64,000 nt of DNA from Mobula hypostoma (Eukaryota). Positions 24,496-38,236 of this stretch are shown piece after piece. The position numbers were made by a program, and so were the translations under genes. A model generated the notes under the pieces. It was not told the origin of the DNA, did not search any database, and saw only the letters and a program-made list of their open reading frames with translations. Within the stretch, counting starts at the first letter, position 1, and each line of letters opens with the position of its first letter. The stretch is taken from assembly GCF_963921235.1 (NCBI RefSeq), contig NC_086097.1:195612001-195676000 (forward strand), in the 5' to 3' direction.

Positions 24496-27400
24496 AAGAC
24501 CATAAGACATAGGAGGAGAATTAGGCCATTTAGCCCATCGAATCTGCTCCATCAATCCATCATGGCTGATCCAGGATCCCACTCAACCCAATACACCTGC
24601 CTTCTCACCATATCCTTTGAAACCTTGAATGATCAGGAAACTATCTACTTCTGCCTTAAATATACCCACGGACTTGGTCTCCACTGCTGTCTGTGGCTGT
24701 ACATTCCACAGATTTACTACTCTCTAGCTAAATATTCCTCCTTACCTCTGTTTTTTAAAATTTCAGTGAGTACAGGCCCAAAGCTGCCAAATGCTCCTCA
24801 TATAGAAACACAGAAAACCTACAGCACAATATAGGCCCTTCAACCCACAAAGCTGTGCCAAACATGTTCTTACCTTAGAAATTACCTAAGGTTACCCATA
24901 GCCCATATGTTAACTCCTCCATTTCCAAAACCATCCTCACGAATCTCCTCTGAATTCTCCCCAATGATAACACATCCTTTCTGAGATATGGGGCCCAAAA
25001 CTGTTGACAATACACCAGGTGTGGCCAGACTAGTGTTTTATAAATGCTCAGCATTACCTCTTTGCTTTTATAGTCTATTCCCCTTGAAATAAATGCCAAC
25101 ATCGCATTTGCCTTCTTTACCACAGACCCAATCTGTAAATTAACTTTCTGGGAGTCTTGTACAAGGACTCCTAAGTCTCTCTGCACCTCTGATGTTTAAA
25201 CCTTCCCCTCATTCAGATAATAGTCCACACTATTGTTCCTTTTACCAAAATGCATTATCATCCAATTTCCAAAACTGTATTCCATATGTCACTTTTTTGC
25301 CCATTCTTCCAACTCGTTTAAGTCCTGCTACAATCACATTGCTTCCTCAGCACTACCTACCCCTCCAGCTATCATCGCGTTTTCTGCAAGCTTTGCCACA
25401 ATGCTATTAATTCCATTATCCAAAACATTGACAAACAAAGTGAAAGGTAGTTGTCCCATTACTGACCCCTGAGGAATACCACTAGTCAACAGCAGCCATC
25501 CAGAAAAGGCCCCTTTTATTCCACCCACTGCTTCCTGCCTACCAGCCATGTCTCTATCCATGCCAGTATCTTTCCTGTAATGCCTTATGATTTTATCTTG
25601 TTAAGCAGCTTCATGTGTTGTGCCTTATCAAACACTTTCTGAAAATCCAAGTAAATGACATCCACTGCCTCTCCTTTGTCCACCATGCTTGTTGCTTCCT
25701 CAAAGAACTTTAACAGATTTCTCAGGCAAGATTTCCCTTTACAAGAACGATGCTGACTTTGACTTATCTTATTATGAGTCTCCAAGTACCTCGAAACCTC
25801 ATCCGTAATAATAGACTCCAATACGTTCCCAACCACTGAGGTTAGGCTAACTGGCCTATAATTTTTTTTTCTTTTGCCTTCCTCTCTTCTTAAAGAGTGG
25901 AGTGACATTTGCAATCTTTCAGTCCATGAGGACCATGCCAGAATCAAGAGATTCTTGAAAGACCATGACCAATGCATCTGTTATCTCCTTCAGCAACCTC
26001 TCTTAAGACTCTGAGATGTCGTCCATCTGGCCCAGGTGACTTAATCATTTTAAGACCTATCAGTTTGCCTAGCACTTTTTCCTTTGTAATAGCAATAGCA
26101 CTCACTCCTACTCCTTGACACTCACAGACGTCTGGCACACTGCTAGTATCTTCCACAGTGAAGACAGATGCAAAGTACCCATTAATTTCATCTGCCATTT
26201 CTTTGTCTGCAATTACTACCTCACCAGCATCATTCTCCAGTGGTCCAATATCAACTCTCACCTCCTTTTTATTCTTTATATAACTGAAAAAACATTTGGT
26301 ATCCTGCTTTATATTATTGGCTGCCCTCATATTTTATCTTTACCCGTCTTATAGCATTTTTGTTGGATTTTAGAAAATTCCCAATCACCCAACCTCTCAC
26401 TCACTCTTGCTACTTTATATGCCCTTTTCTTGGCTTTTATGCAGGCCTTAACTTCCTTTGTCAGCCATGATTACCTACCGCTGCCATTTGAGAATTTCTT
26501 CCTCTGTGGGATATATCTATCCTGTGCCTTGTACTTTATACTTTATAGTCGCCAAGCAATTGATACTAGAACGTACAATCATCACAGCGATATTTGATTC
26601 TGCGCTTCCCACTCCTTGGATTACAAATCAATAGTAAATATTAAAAATTTAAATTATAAATCATAAATAGAAAATAGAAAAATGGAAAGTAAGCTAGTGC
26701 AAAAAAAACCGAGAGGCAGGTCCGGATATTTGGAGGGTACGGCCCAGATCCAGGTCAGGATCCGTTCAGCAGTCTTATCATAGTTGGAAACAAGCTGTTC
26801 CCAAATCTGGCCGTACAAGTCTTCAAGCTCCTGAGCCTTCTCCCGGAGGGAAGAGGGACGAAAAGTGTGTTGGCTGGATGAGTTGTGTCCTTGATTATCC
26901 TGGCAGCACTGCTCCGACAGCGTGCGGTATAAAGTGAGTCCAAGGACGGAAGATTGGTTTGTGTGATGTACTGCGCCGTGTTCACGATCTTCTGCAGCTT
27001 CTTCCATTCTTGGACAGGACAACTTCCATACCAGGTTGTGATGCACCCTAGAAAAATGCTTTCTACAGTGCATCTATAAAAATTAGTGAGGGTTTTAGGG
27101 GACAGGCCAAATTTCTTTAGTTTTCTCAGGAAGTAAAGTGGGTCTTCTTGGCAGTGGACTCTGTTTGGCTGGTCCAAGTCAGGTCATTTGTGATATTGAC
27201 CCCAAAGTACTTAAAGCTTTTGACCTGGTCCACTTGCGCACCACCAATGTAAATTGGGTTGTGCGGTCCGCTACTCCTTCTGAAGTCAACAACCTATTCC
27301 TTCATCTTTCTGACATTGAGGGATAGGTTATTGTCTTCGTACCATGCCACCGGGTTCTTAATTTCCTCTCTGTACTTAAACTCATCATTACCCGAGATAC

Positions 27401-28750
27401 AGCCTACAATTGTTGTGTCATCAGCAAACTTATATATTGAGTTCGATGGAAACTTGGCTACACAATCATGGGTGTACAGTGAGTACAGCAGGGGGCTGAA
27501 TACACAGCCTTGTGGGGCACCGATGCTCAGAGTGATTGTAGTGGAGAGCTTCTCCCCTCTTTTTACAGCCTGGGTCCTGTCTGTGAGGAAGTTGAAGATC
27601 CAGCCGCAGATCTGAGTGCTAAGGCCCAGGTTCCGGAGCTTAGGAATCAGTTTATTTGGAATGATGGTATTAAAGGCAGAGCTGTAGTCAATGAAAAGGA
27701 GCCTTACGTATGCGTCTTTATTCTCCAGCTATTTCTAAGGAGGAATGTACGGCCCGGAGAGATGGCATCTGCCATTGACCTGTTGCTCCGGTAGGCGAAT
27801 TACAAAGTGTCAAAATTGACCGGTAGGCTGTGGTTGATGTGTGCCATAACCAATCTCTCGAAGCACTTCATAGCAATTGATGCCAGAGCCACAGGTCGAT
27901 AGTCATTCAGGCATGCCACCTTGCTCTTCTTCGGCACTGAGATTATCGTTGCCTTCTTAAAACACAAGGGGATCTTAGACTGAAGCAAGGAGCAGCTGGA
28001 GATGTCAGCAAACACTCCAGCTAGCTCACTTGCACAGGCCCGGAGAACCCCTCCCGGGACGCCATCTGGGCCTGTTGCCTTCCTTGGATTTATCTTCAGG
28101 AATGCCCTTCTAATGTCCTCCTTGGTGATGATGAATCTTGATGCCACCAGGTCCGGTTTATCCGAAGGGAGCAGAACGCTCCTCTTCTGTTCGAATCTTG
28201 CATAGAATATGTTAAGTTCGTCAGGAAGAGAAGCACCACAGTTATTGATATTCTCCGCCTTTTCTTTGCACCCAGTGATCTCATTTAGACCCTTCCATAA
28301 TCTACTGGCATCCCTCTGGTGACCCTGGGCCTCCAACTTGGCTCAATTTTGCCTCTTGGCACCCTTAATGGCTTTCCGGAGTTCATGCCTGGATTCTGTG
28401 TAGCGACTGGTAGCCCCGGACCTAAAAGTCGCAGCCCCAGCCTTCAAAAGCTACTTGACCTCATAATTCATCCAAGGTTTCTGATTAGGGAATACTTGTG
28501 AACTATTCCCGGAAACTTCAGCCATTTCTGCTCTCCCATCATCCCCGCTAGCATCCTCCTCCAATCCATCAGGGTAACTGCTCTCATGCCTCTGTAATTC
28601 CCTTTATTCCATTGCAGTACTGATATATGTGAGTTATGCTTCTCCCTTTCAAATTGCAGTATGAATTCAATCATATTATGACCACTGTCTCCTCGGGGCT
28701 CCTTTACGTTCAGCTCACGAATAAGCCCTGCGTTATTACACACCACACAA
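24495..28750 (-). mobile_element. CR1 LINE ORF2, degenerate, split by a Rex/Babar insertion and a short CR1 3'-end insertion (about 24802-24903)
   Basis: ORFs 24875-26330 (QRDLGVLVQDS, GIPQGS, NYRPVSLTS, YFASVFTVED) continue at 28500-28750 (DSGHNMIEFILQFERE). Confidence 0.9.
26533..28494 (-). mobile_element. Young Rex1/Babar LINE, 5'-truncated
   Basis: ORFs 27800-28336 (KATGPDGVPG, DYRPVAL) and 26755-27177; FADDT near 27420; possible CTTGT TSD at 26528-26532 / 28495-28499. Confidence 0.92.
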
Positions 28751-28956
28751 TATATGGTTTTGTGGTCTATCCAGTCATTGTCAAACATGGGAACGTTGTA
28801 CACAGGCGCCACCTAACCTGAGTTCAATCATGGGGGATTTCAACATGCAAATAGATCGGGAAAATCAAGTCTGTACGGATTTTGCAGAAATTGTAGAATG
28901 CCTGTGAAATGGCTTTTAGAGCAGCTTGTGCTCCAGCACATTAGCGGATCAACTAT

Positions 28957-31900
28957 TAGAAACATAGAAAACCTACAGCACAATACAAGACCTTCGGCCA
29001 CAATGCCGTGCCGAGCATGTACTTAATTTAGAAACTACCTAGGGTTACCTATATCCTTCTATTTTTCTGAGATCCATGTACCTATCCAAGAGTCTCTGAA
29101 AAGACCCTATTTTATCTGCCTCCACCACCGTTGCCGGCAGCCCAATCCACGTACTCACCACTATCTGCATAAGAAATTTAGCCCTGACATCTCCACTGTA
29201 CCTACTTCCAAGCACCTTAAAACTGTGCCTTCTTGTGTTAGATATTTCAGCCCTGGGAAGAAGCCTCTGACTATCCACACAATCAATGCCTCACATCATC
29301 TATCAGGTCACCTCGCATCCTACGTCGCTCCAAGAAGAAAAGGCCAAGTTCACACAACCTATTCTCATAAGCCATGCACCCCAATCCAGGCAACATCCTT
29401 GTAAATCTCCTTTGCAACTTTTCTATAGATTCCACATTCATCCTGTAGTGAGGCAACCAGAACTGAGCACAGTACTCCAAGTGGGGTCTGACCAGGGTCC
29501 TATATAGCTGTAACATTACCTCTCGGCTCTTGAACTCAATCCCACAGTTGATGAAGACCAATACACCATATGCCTTCTTAACCACAGAGTCAATCTGCGC
29601 AGCAGCTTTGAGTGTCCTCTGGACTCGGACCCCGAGATCCCTCTGACCCTCCACACTGCCAAGAGTCTTACCATTAATACTATAATCTGCCATCATATTT
29701 GACCTCACATTTATCTGAACTGAACTCCATCTGCCACTTCTCAGCCCAGTTTTGCATCCTATTATTGTCCCGCTGTAACCTCTGACAGCCCTCTACACTA
29801 CCCACAACACCCCCAACCATTGTGTCATCAGAAAATTAACTAACCCATCCCTCCACTTCCTCATCCAGGTCATTTATAAAAATCATGAAGAGAAGGGGTC
29901 CCAGAACAGATCCCTAAGGCACACCACTGGTCACTGACCTCCATGCAGAATATGACCCATCTACAACCATTCTTTCCCTCTGTGGACAAGCCATTTCTGG
30001 ATCCACAAAGCAAGGTCCCCTCGGATCCCATACCTCCTTACTTTCTCAATAAGCCTTGCATGGGGTACCTTATCAAATGTCTTGCTGAATTCCATATACA
30101 CTACAGCCACTGTTCTACCTTCATCAATGTGTTTAATCACATCCTCAAAAAATTCCAACAGGCTCATAAGGCACGAGCTGCCTTTGACAAAACCATGCTG
30201 ACTATTTCTAATCATATTATGCCTCTCTAAATGTTCATAATCCTGCCCCTCAGGATTTTGTCTATCAGCTTACCAACCACTGAAGTAACAGTCACTGGTC
30301 TATAATTTCTTGGCCTATCTCTACTCCCTTTCTTGGATAAGGGAACAACATCCGCAACCTTCTAATCCTCTGGAACTTCTTCCACCCCCATTGATGAGCA
30401 AAGATCATTGCCAGAGGCTCAGCAATCTCCTCCCTTGCCTCCCAAATATCTCATCTGGTTCCAGAGACTTATCCAACTTGATGCTTTCCAAAAGCTGCAG
30501 CACATCCTTTTTCTTAATGTCTATATGCTCAAGCTTTTCAGTCCGCTGTAAGTTATCCCTGCAATCACCAAGGTCCTTTCCCGTAGTGAATACTGAAGCA
30601 AAATATTCATTAAGTACCTCCTCTACCTCCTCCAGTTCCTACACACTTCTCCACTGTCACACTTGATTGGTCCTATTCTCTCACACCTTATCCTCTTGCT
30701 CTTCACATACTTGTGGAATGCCTTAGTTTTACCTTAATCCTGCTCACCAAGGACTTCTCATAGCATGTTCTGACTCTTCTAATTTCATTCTTAAGCTCCT
30801 TCCTGCTAGCCTTATAATTTTCTAGATTTCTATCATTACCTAGTTTTTTTAACCTTTCGTAAGCTTTTCTTTTCTTCTTGACTTGATTTTCTACAGCCTT
30901 TGTACACCATGGTTCTTGTACCTACCTACCATCCTTTACCTGTCTCATTGGAACGTACCTATGCAGAATATCACGCAAATATCCCCCAAACATTTGCCTG
31001 AGAACATCTGCTCCCAATTTATGCTTCCAAGTTCCTGCCTGGTAGCTTCATATTTCCCCTTACTCCAACTAAATGTTTTCCTGACTTGTCTGCTCCTATC
31101 CCTCTCCAATCCTATGGTAAAGAAGATAGAATTGTGCTCACTACTCTCCAAAATGCTCTCCCACTGTGAGATCTGACACTTGACCAGATTCATTTCCCAA
31201 TACCTCATCAAGTACAGCCTCTCCTCTTGTAGGCTTATCTACATATTGTTTCAGGAAACCTTCCCAAGCACACCTAACAAATTCCATCCCATCTAAACCC
31301 CTTGTTCTAGGGAAATGCCAATCAATATTTGGGAAATTAAAATCTCCCACCACAACAACCCTGTTATTATTACACCTTTCCAGAATCTGTCTCCCTATCT
31401 GCTCCTCAATGTCCCTGTTACTATTGGGTGGTATATAAAAAACACCCAGTAGAATTATTGACCCCTTCCTGTTTCTAACTTCCACCCACAGAGGCTCAGT
31501 TGACAATCGCTCCATGATTTCCTCCTTTTCTGCAGCTGTGACACTATCTCTGATCAGCAGTGCCATGCCCCCACCTCTTTTGCCTCCTTCCCCATCCTTT
31601 CTGAAACATCTAAAGCCTAGCACTCTCAGTAGCCATTCCTGCCCCTGAGCCATCCAAGTCTCTGTAATGGCCACAACATCATAGCTCCAACTACTGATCC
31701 ACGCTCTAAGCTCATCCGCTTTGTTCATGATACTCCTTGCATTAAAATAGACACATCTCAAACCATTGGTCTGAGCACATTCCTTCTCTATCACCTGCCT
31801 ATCCTCCCTCTCGCACTGTCTACAAGCTTTCGCTATTCGTGAGTCAATTGCCCCTTCCTCTGTCTCTTCAGCTCATTTCCCACCCCCCAACAATTCTAAT

Positions 31901-32950
31901 TTAAACTCTCCCCAGTAGCCTTAGCAAACCTCCCCGCCAACATATTGGTCCCCCTTGGATTTACATGCACCCTATCCTTATTGTACAGGTCATGCCTGCT
32001 CCAAAAGAGATCCCAATGATCCAGTAATCTGAATCCCTGCCCCCTGCTCCAATCCCTCAGCCACTCATTTATCTTCAACCTCATTCTATTCCTATACTCA
32101 CTGTCACGTGGCATAGGCAGCAATCCCAAAATTAATACACTTGTGGTCCTGCTTCTCAGTTTCTTTCCTAACTCCCTGTAGTCTCTTTTCAGGACCTCCT
32201 CCTTTGTCCTACCTATATTGTTGGTACCAATATTTACCACGACCTCTGGATGTTCACCTTCCCACTTCAGGATACCGTAGACACGATAAGAAACATCGTG
32301 GGCCCTGGCATCTAGGAGGCAAACTACCATACGTGTTTCTATCCTGGGTCCACAGAATTGTCCACCTGAACCCCTTAACTATAGAGTCCCCTCTCACTGC
32401 TGCCATCTTCTTCCTTTCCCTACCCTTCTGAGCCACAGGGTCAGACTCTGTGCCAAAGGCATGGCCACTGTTACTTCCCTCAGGTAGGTCGTTCCCCCCC
32501 AACAGTACTAAAACAGAAGTACTTACTGTTAAAGAGAACAGCCACATGGATTCTCTCTAGTATCTGACTCCTGCCCTTCCCTCTCCTGACTGTTACCCAC
32601 TTATCTGTCTCCTGAGGCCCCGGTGACTACTTGCCTATAGCTCCTTTCTATCACCTCCTCACTTTCCCTTACCAGACGGTCCTAAGGAGCTGCAGCTCGA
32701 CGCACCTGGGGCAGATGTGGCCATCCGGGAAGCTGGGAGTCTCCCAGACATCCAACATCCAACATCCTACACCCAGTGCAGAACTCCAGCCTCAGAGACA
32801 TAACTTCCTATTCCTATTCTTCACAAGGAACTTACGTCGCCGTGACGTGTTATCGCCAAAGCCCTGTTAAGCCAAAGCCCTCCTGCTCTAACTTCCTCTA
32901 CTCTGATGCCCGCTCTATAAAGCTATCTCTTTTTTAGTTCTTCCTGTTGG
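28957..32950 (-). mobile_element. Near full-length CR1 LINE (ORF1 esterase, ORF2 EN-RT, 3' tail) with internal deletions and stops
   Basis: GDSIVKG / VNIGTNN esterase motifs; FNARSIMNK, AITETW, GDFN; QHGFVKG; LVRPHLEYC; TTCTATG tail. Confidence 0.92.
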
Positions 32951-34305
32951 TCTAACTCATACGGGGAGCGTTTGATACCTCTGTATTGGCTGGGATTTAG
33001 AATAATGAGAAGTGGTCTCATTGAAACCTATCAAATGGTCAAAGGCCTAGACAGAGTGGATATGGAGATGATGTATATTATAGTGGGGGAGCCCAGCACT
33101 ATCTCAGAATAGAGGGACATCTATTTAGAATGGAGATGAGGAGGAATTTCTTTCACAAACAATAGAAAACCTGCAGGTGTTTGAAATCCAATCAACACTT
33201 AAGACTTTTACTGTTCCAAGTATATAAATTTGTGTGTGAAACTTGTTCAATAGTGCTGTAACTGAGAAATTTTTGGAAATGACAATGTGATATTGAGTTA
33301 ATATGAAATAGAAAATCGAATATGTATAAAAACTTACAGATTGTATCCCTATTGTATACAGGTCAGTTCTTTTTATGTTGTGAATCGACTTTCTGTGGAT
33401 GATCAACTATTTCATGCAATGAAACAAGAAACACCCAAGATGAAGAACGAGTTGTTTCATGACATAGAGGATCTAATACAGTTTGATGTATAAGCTTATT
33501 TTCATTGGAAGGATCTGAATTTGATTTTCTGCAAGATCTGATTTATCTTGCAAAGACTTTGATAAGTTACTGAATGTGATTTACTTTGCTTAAAAGTTGT
33601 GATGTTGGAGAATTGCTGTGAAAGGAATTAAGCTCTATAGATATATAGTTTTTGAATATGAATATGAATTGTAGACATACTAACTTGAACTGAAACTGAA
33701 GTTAACCATAATACTTAAGAACAGGAATTCAATTAGTTTTCTAAAAAAATGGAAAGGTTAGTCTGTAAACCTTTAAATGGGGAATAACACCAGATTTAAT
33801 TAGTTAGAGAAATTGAAGTAACAAAGGTTATTCTAATGAATATCACTGATTCTAACTAAACAGAAATTTGTTTTTTTTGTTGATATCTAGGATTTGGAAC
33901 CTAAACTGAATGTTGGAATTTTGAATTGTTCTTACTTATGTTAATATTTTGTATATCTTGTTTTTTATAAACAAATCTTACCCGCAGAAGTGTGTGTTTT
34001 CTATTCACTGCCTCCTTCCAATATCGAGAGCTTCTTACAGCCTACTAGCATCTAGTGTAGTATTACGTAATTTGACTTATCTCATAAAGAGTGCGGTGAC
34101 CAGTCACACAAGATGAGACAAGCGCTACACAGGTGTTACATTGTATTTCACACACTCTGACTCCCATTATCCCTCTTTCACTTTTCACACTACCCGCAGC
34201 TTGTGTTAAACTTCTTCATCTTGCTTCCCTTTCTGGCTTTTATATCATGAAGAATGATTTGGCTGTCTTTTCAAACCGATTACTCATTAAACTATCCCTT
34301 GTGTT

Positions 34306-34587
34306 GGCACGTGGCCAAGTGGTTAAGGTGTCAGTCTAGTGATCTGAAGGTCGCTAGTTCCAGCCTCAGCTGAGGCAGCGTGTTGTGTCCTCGAGCAACG
34401 CACTTAACCACACATTGCTCTGCGACGACACTGGTGCCAAGCTGTATCGGCCCTAGTGTCCTACCCTTTGACAACATCGGTGGCGTGGAGGGAACTGCCG
34501 GTCTTCCATAGAATCTTGCCCAGGTCTGCGCCCTGGAAACCTTCCAAGGCGTAAATCCATGGTCTCACGAGACTAACGGATGCCTAA
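34306..34587 (+). mobile_element. tRNA-derived SINE with CORE-like domain and RTE-like tail
   Basis: A box TGGCCAAGTGG, B-box-like GTTCCAGCC, GTGTCCTCGAGCAACGCACTTAACC (CORE-like); imperfect TSD TCCCTT(G)TGTT; second copy at 52675. Confidence 0.8.
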
Positions 34588-35309
34588 GTCCCTTTGTTCT
34601 GACTAACAGCAACTTCATCTCTAAACTCCTCTCCAGATGAGCAGAGTAATTAATAAAGCATAGAGCATTCTGTTTTCTCTTGCCTGCCTGCTACTATCAA
34701 GTAGTCTGTAGCCTGTCAAGACGCACTCACTGCTAACGATGAAACTCAACAAGATGGTGACTACCTGGGTAAGGTATAATATAATTACTAATGCCTAGGG
34801 AACTGAATATTCAGTAGAATTCAAAAGATTATTTTGAAGGGATTTTGATAAAAATAGTGGAGAATACAGGGAATTTGCAGGTGTTGGAGAAAATGGCAGC
34901 TGTCTACTTGAACTGTCCAAAAGAAAAAAAATAACTAACAATCCTTCCTATGCTTCTCATTTGGTCCTTTGACTAACACTTAGGTTTCTGACTCAAGTAG
35001 AAACTTAAATCCCTGGCAGAACATACAAATTATGATTAAGTGCATATTGCTCATCTCCACCCTTTAATAAGAATGTGGCTAATTGGGTTGTTACATCAAC
35101 TGAGCATCCCAGCCTGTTCATGTTATATTTTTTATCTCCTTACTTATGAAGAGTCTACTTATCTCTAACTAAAAATATTCAAAAAATATCTTTCACTGCC
35201 CTTTGAGGAGAATAGTTCCAAATTGCTAATAACTTAGATCAAGTGAAAATATCTAATCTACGTTCTGAAAGTCCACTTACATAACAGGAGACATAGGTAC
35301 TTAAAAATA

Positions 35310-35707
35310 GATCAGCATTTATATACTTCCTTTCCCATTTACAATCACTGAGAGCTTTTGAAATGTAATTCTGATTATATAATGGAAAACACGGCAGCCA
35401 TCAAACGCAAGGAAAGACCTCACCTAACATCACTGTGTTCATGATCAGAAAATCTGCTTGTGGTGATTATTGTCTATAGTTATCTAGAGTGATGATTATC
35501 TAGAGTTTCTTCAAGATAGCAGCATGGAATCTATTACCTCCACTTAAGAGAGCAAATGACAGTGCAGTTGAACATCTCATTGATAAAGCCTGTTATGGAC
35601 CATTCCCTTAGCATGGCACTGAAGAGCCGTCTTAGGCCTTGTGCTTACATTTTCGGAGTGGCATGAAACCACAAGTTTCTGATTTAGATATGCACTGTTA
35701 CTGAGCC
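35310..35707 (-). mobile_element. Ancient Deu-domain SINE
   Basis: Reverse complement has GGCTCAGT head and ..ATGAGATGTTCAAC..CTCTCTTAAGTGGAGGTAATAGATTCCATGCTGCTATCTTGAAGAA Deu-like block. Confidence 0.6.
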
Positions 35708-35789
35708 TTTTTTAACACAAAGTTTCTTTAGGTTTCTCTATTTCAACCAGCAATTTCTGCAATAAACAATCATTATGCAAATTTCATTA

Positions 35790-36585
35790 TGGAATACGGT
35801 GTTGAGAAGTGTATGATATTGCATTTGGTAAAAGGAGCAATAATACAGACTATTATCTAAATGGGGAGAAGGTTCAAACATCAGAGGTGCAGAATGACTT
35901 GTGAGCCCTCGTGCAGGGCTCCGAGTACATTAATTTGCAGGTTGAGTCTGTGATAAAGAAGGCAAATGCAATGTTGTCATTCATTTCAATAGGAATAGAA
36001 TATAAAAACAAGGAGATAATGCTGAGGCTTTATAACTAATCAGGACACACTTGGAGTCTTGTCAACTGTTCAGGGCCCCATATATCAGAAAGGATGTGTT
36101 GTCATTAGAGAGCATCCAGCAGAGATTCATGAGGATGATTCCAGGAAAGAAGGGGTTAATATATGAGGAGCATTTGGCAGCTTTGTGCCTGTCCTCACTG
36201 GAATTTAGAAGAGTGCAGGAAGATCTCATTGGAATCTACTGAATGTTGAAAGGACTAGATCGGATGGATGTGGACAGGATGTTTCCTATGGTGGGGACTA
36301 TCCAGAACTAGAGGGCACAGCCTCAAAATTGAGGGACGACCTTTTAGAACAGAATTAAGGAGGAATTTTTTTAGCCAAAGAGTAGTAAATCTGTAGAGCG
36401 CTCTGCCACAGACCGCGGTAGAGGCCAAGTTTGTGGGTATATTTAAAGTGGAATTTGACCATTTCCTGATCAGTCAGGGCATCAAAGGATATGGTGAGTA
36501 GGCAGGTGTAGGATCTGCCATGATGGAATGGTAGAGCAGACTCAATGTGCTGAATGGCTTAATCCTGCTCCTTATGGTCTCATGT
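35790..36585 (+). mobile_element. CR1 3' fragment
   Basis: APYIRKDVLSLESIQQRFMRMIPG; RGHSLKIEGRPF; 3' UTR. Confidence 0.88.
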
Positions 36586-37700
36586 CACTCCACCCAGCAA
36601 GAAGGGAGAGGGCAGAAGAAAGAAACAGTGGTTGGGAAGATGTTGGAGTTGATTATTAAGTATGAGGTCTCGGGGTATTTGGAGGCACCTGATAAAATAG
36701 GCCATGGAAAATCTTACCTGACCAATCTGTTGGAATTCTTTGAAGAAATAACAAGCGGGATAGAATTTTCAGAAGGTCTTTGAGAAGGTGCCACACATGA
36801 GGCTGCTTAACAAGCTATGAGCCCATGATATTACAGGAAAGATTCTAGCATGGATAATGTAGAGGCTGATGGACAGCAGGCAAAAGCTGGGAATAAAGGG
36901 AAGCTTTTATGGTTGGCTGCCACTGACTAGTAGTGTTCCACAGGGGTCTGTGTTGGGACCGATTCTTTTTACATTATATGTCAATGATTTAGATGATGGA
37001 ATTGATGGCTTTGTTGAAAAGTTTGCAGATGATATGAAGATAGGTAGAGGGGCAGGTAGTTCTGAGGAAGTCTAGAGGCTACAGTAAGACTGAGACAGAT
37101 TAGGAGAATGGGTAAAGAAATGTCAGATGGAATACAGTGTCTGGAAATGTACGGTCACTCACTTTAGTAGGAAAAATGAAACCATCAACTAGTTTTCCAA
37201 ATAGAGAGAAGATTACATAAAATGGAGGTGCAAAGGGACTTGGGAGGCTTTGTGCAAGATTCCCTATAGATTAATTTACAGATTGAATCTGTGGTGAGGA
37301 AGGCAAATGTAATGTTAGCATTTACTTCAAGAAGACTAGAATATAAAAGCAAGGATGTAATGTTGAGACTTTATAAAGCATTGGCGAGGCCTCACTTGGA
37401 GTATTATGAATAGAGGAGTCCTTTTAGAGTGTCCTTTTAGAATGGAGATGAGGAGGAATTTATTTAGCCAAAGAGCGGTGAATCTGTGGAATTCTTTGGT
37501 TCAGACAGCTGGGAAGGATAAGTCTTTAAATACATTTAACACACAAGTTGATAGATTTCTGATTGGTCAGGGCATCGAGGGATACGGGAAGAAGGCAGGA
37601 AAAGGTTGAGAGCAAAACTGGATCAGACATGATGGGCCAAATGACCAATTCTGCTCCTAGATCTTATGATCTTATGATCTTCTGGTCTTCTGGACTTATT
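36585..37700 (+). mobile_element. CR1 RT/3' fragment with deletions
   Basis: VPQGSVLGPILFTLYVNDLD..FADDMK; (TCTTATGA)n tail near 37660. Confidence 0.88.
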
Positions 37701-38236
37701 ATTGCGCCATTATTTTTTGCACTCCAGCAGGTTTTATGAGACAAAGAATTGAAAACAAACTATAAGCTGTTATAACTGGGGTCCTATCTCAATGCTAGGA
37801 TTCTGATCTTCATATATTTCTGAGATGGTCAACTACTTCCTGCAAACAGCTTCAGAGAACAAAAAACACATCATGTCTTTGGCTTCTACTGTACCTGATT
37901 TCTACCCTATATGCCCTAATTTGAATTGTCAGGGGAAGATTTGATGTAGACAGAAATGTAGGACGTGAGAATATGATTTGAGCAGGCTGAAAATTTTATA
38001 AACCAATGCATTAGTCTGCATAAATATTCTGCAAGTTAGGATATTTGGCCAAAAAATTAAGAATCTAATTTTAAAATATCTAGAAATTTTATTTCCAATA
38101 ACTCTAATGCACCAACAGAAAAATTAGTTTGGAATGGTCTATGCCTACCTTTATCAATGATCTTAAATGCAACTGAGATTTCGAATAAATTTTATTTGTC
38201 ATATGTATTTCAAAACATTGAAACATACAATTTAAT

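Noticed and set aside
34306..34380. tRNA gene (also at 6690-6763, 39130-39201 and 52675-52740)
   Set aside because: A and B boxes are present but each continues into a SINE body and tail; no complete cloverleaf
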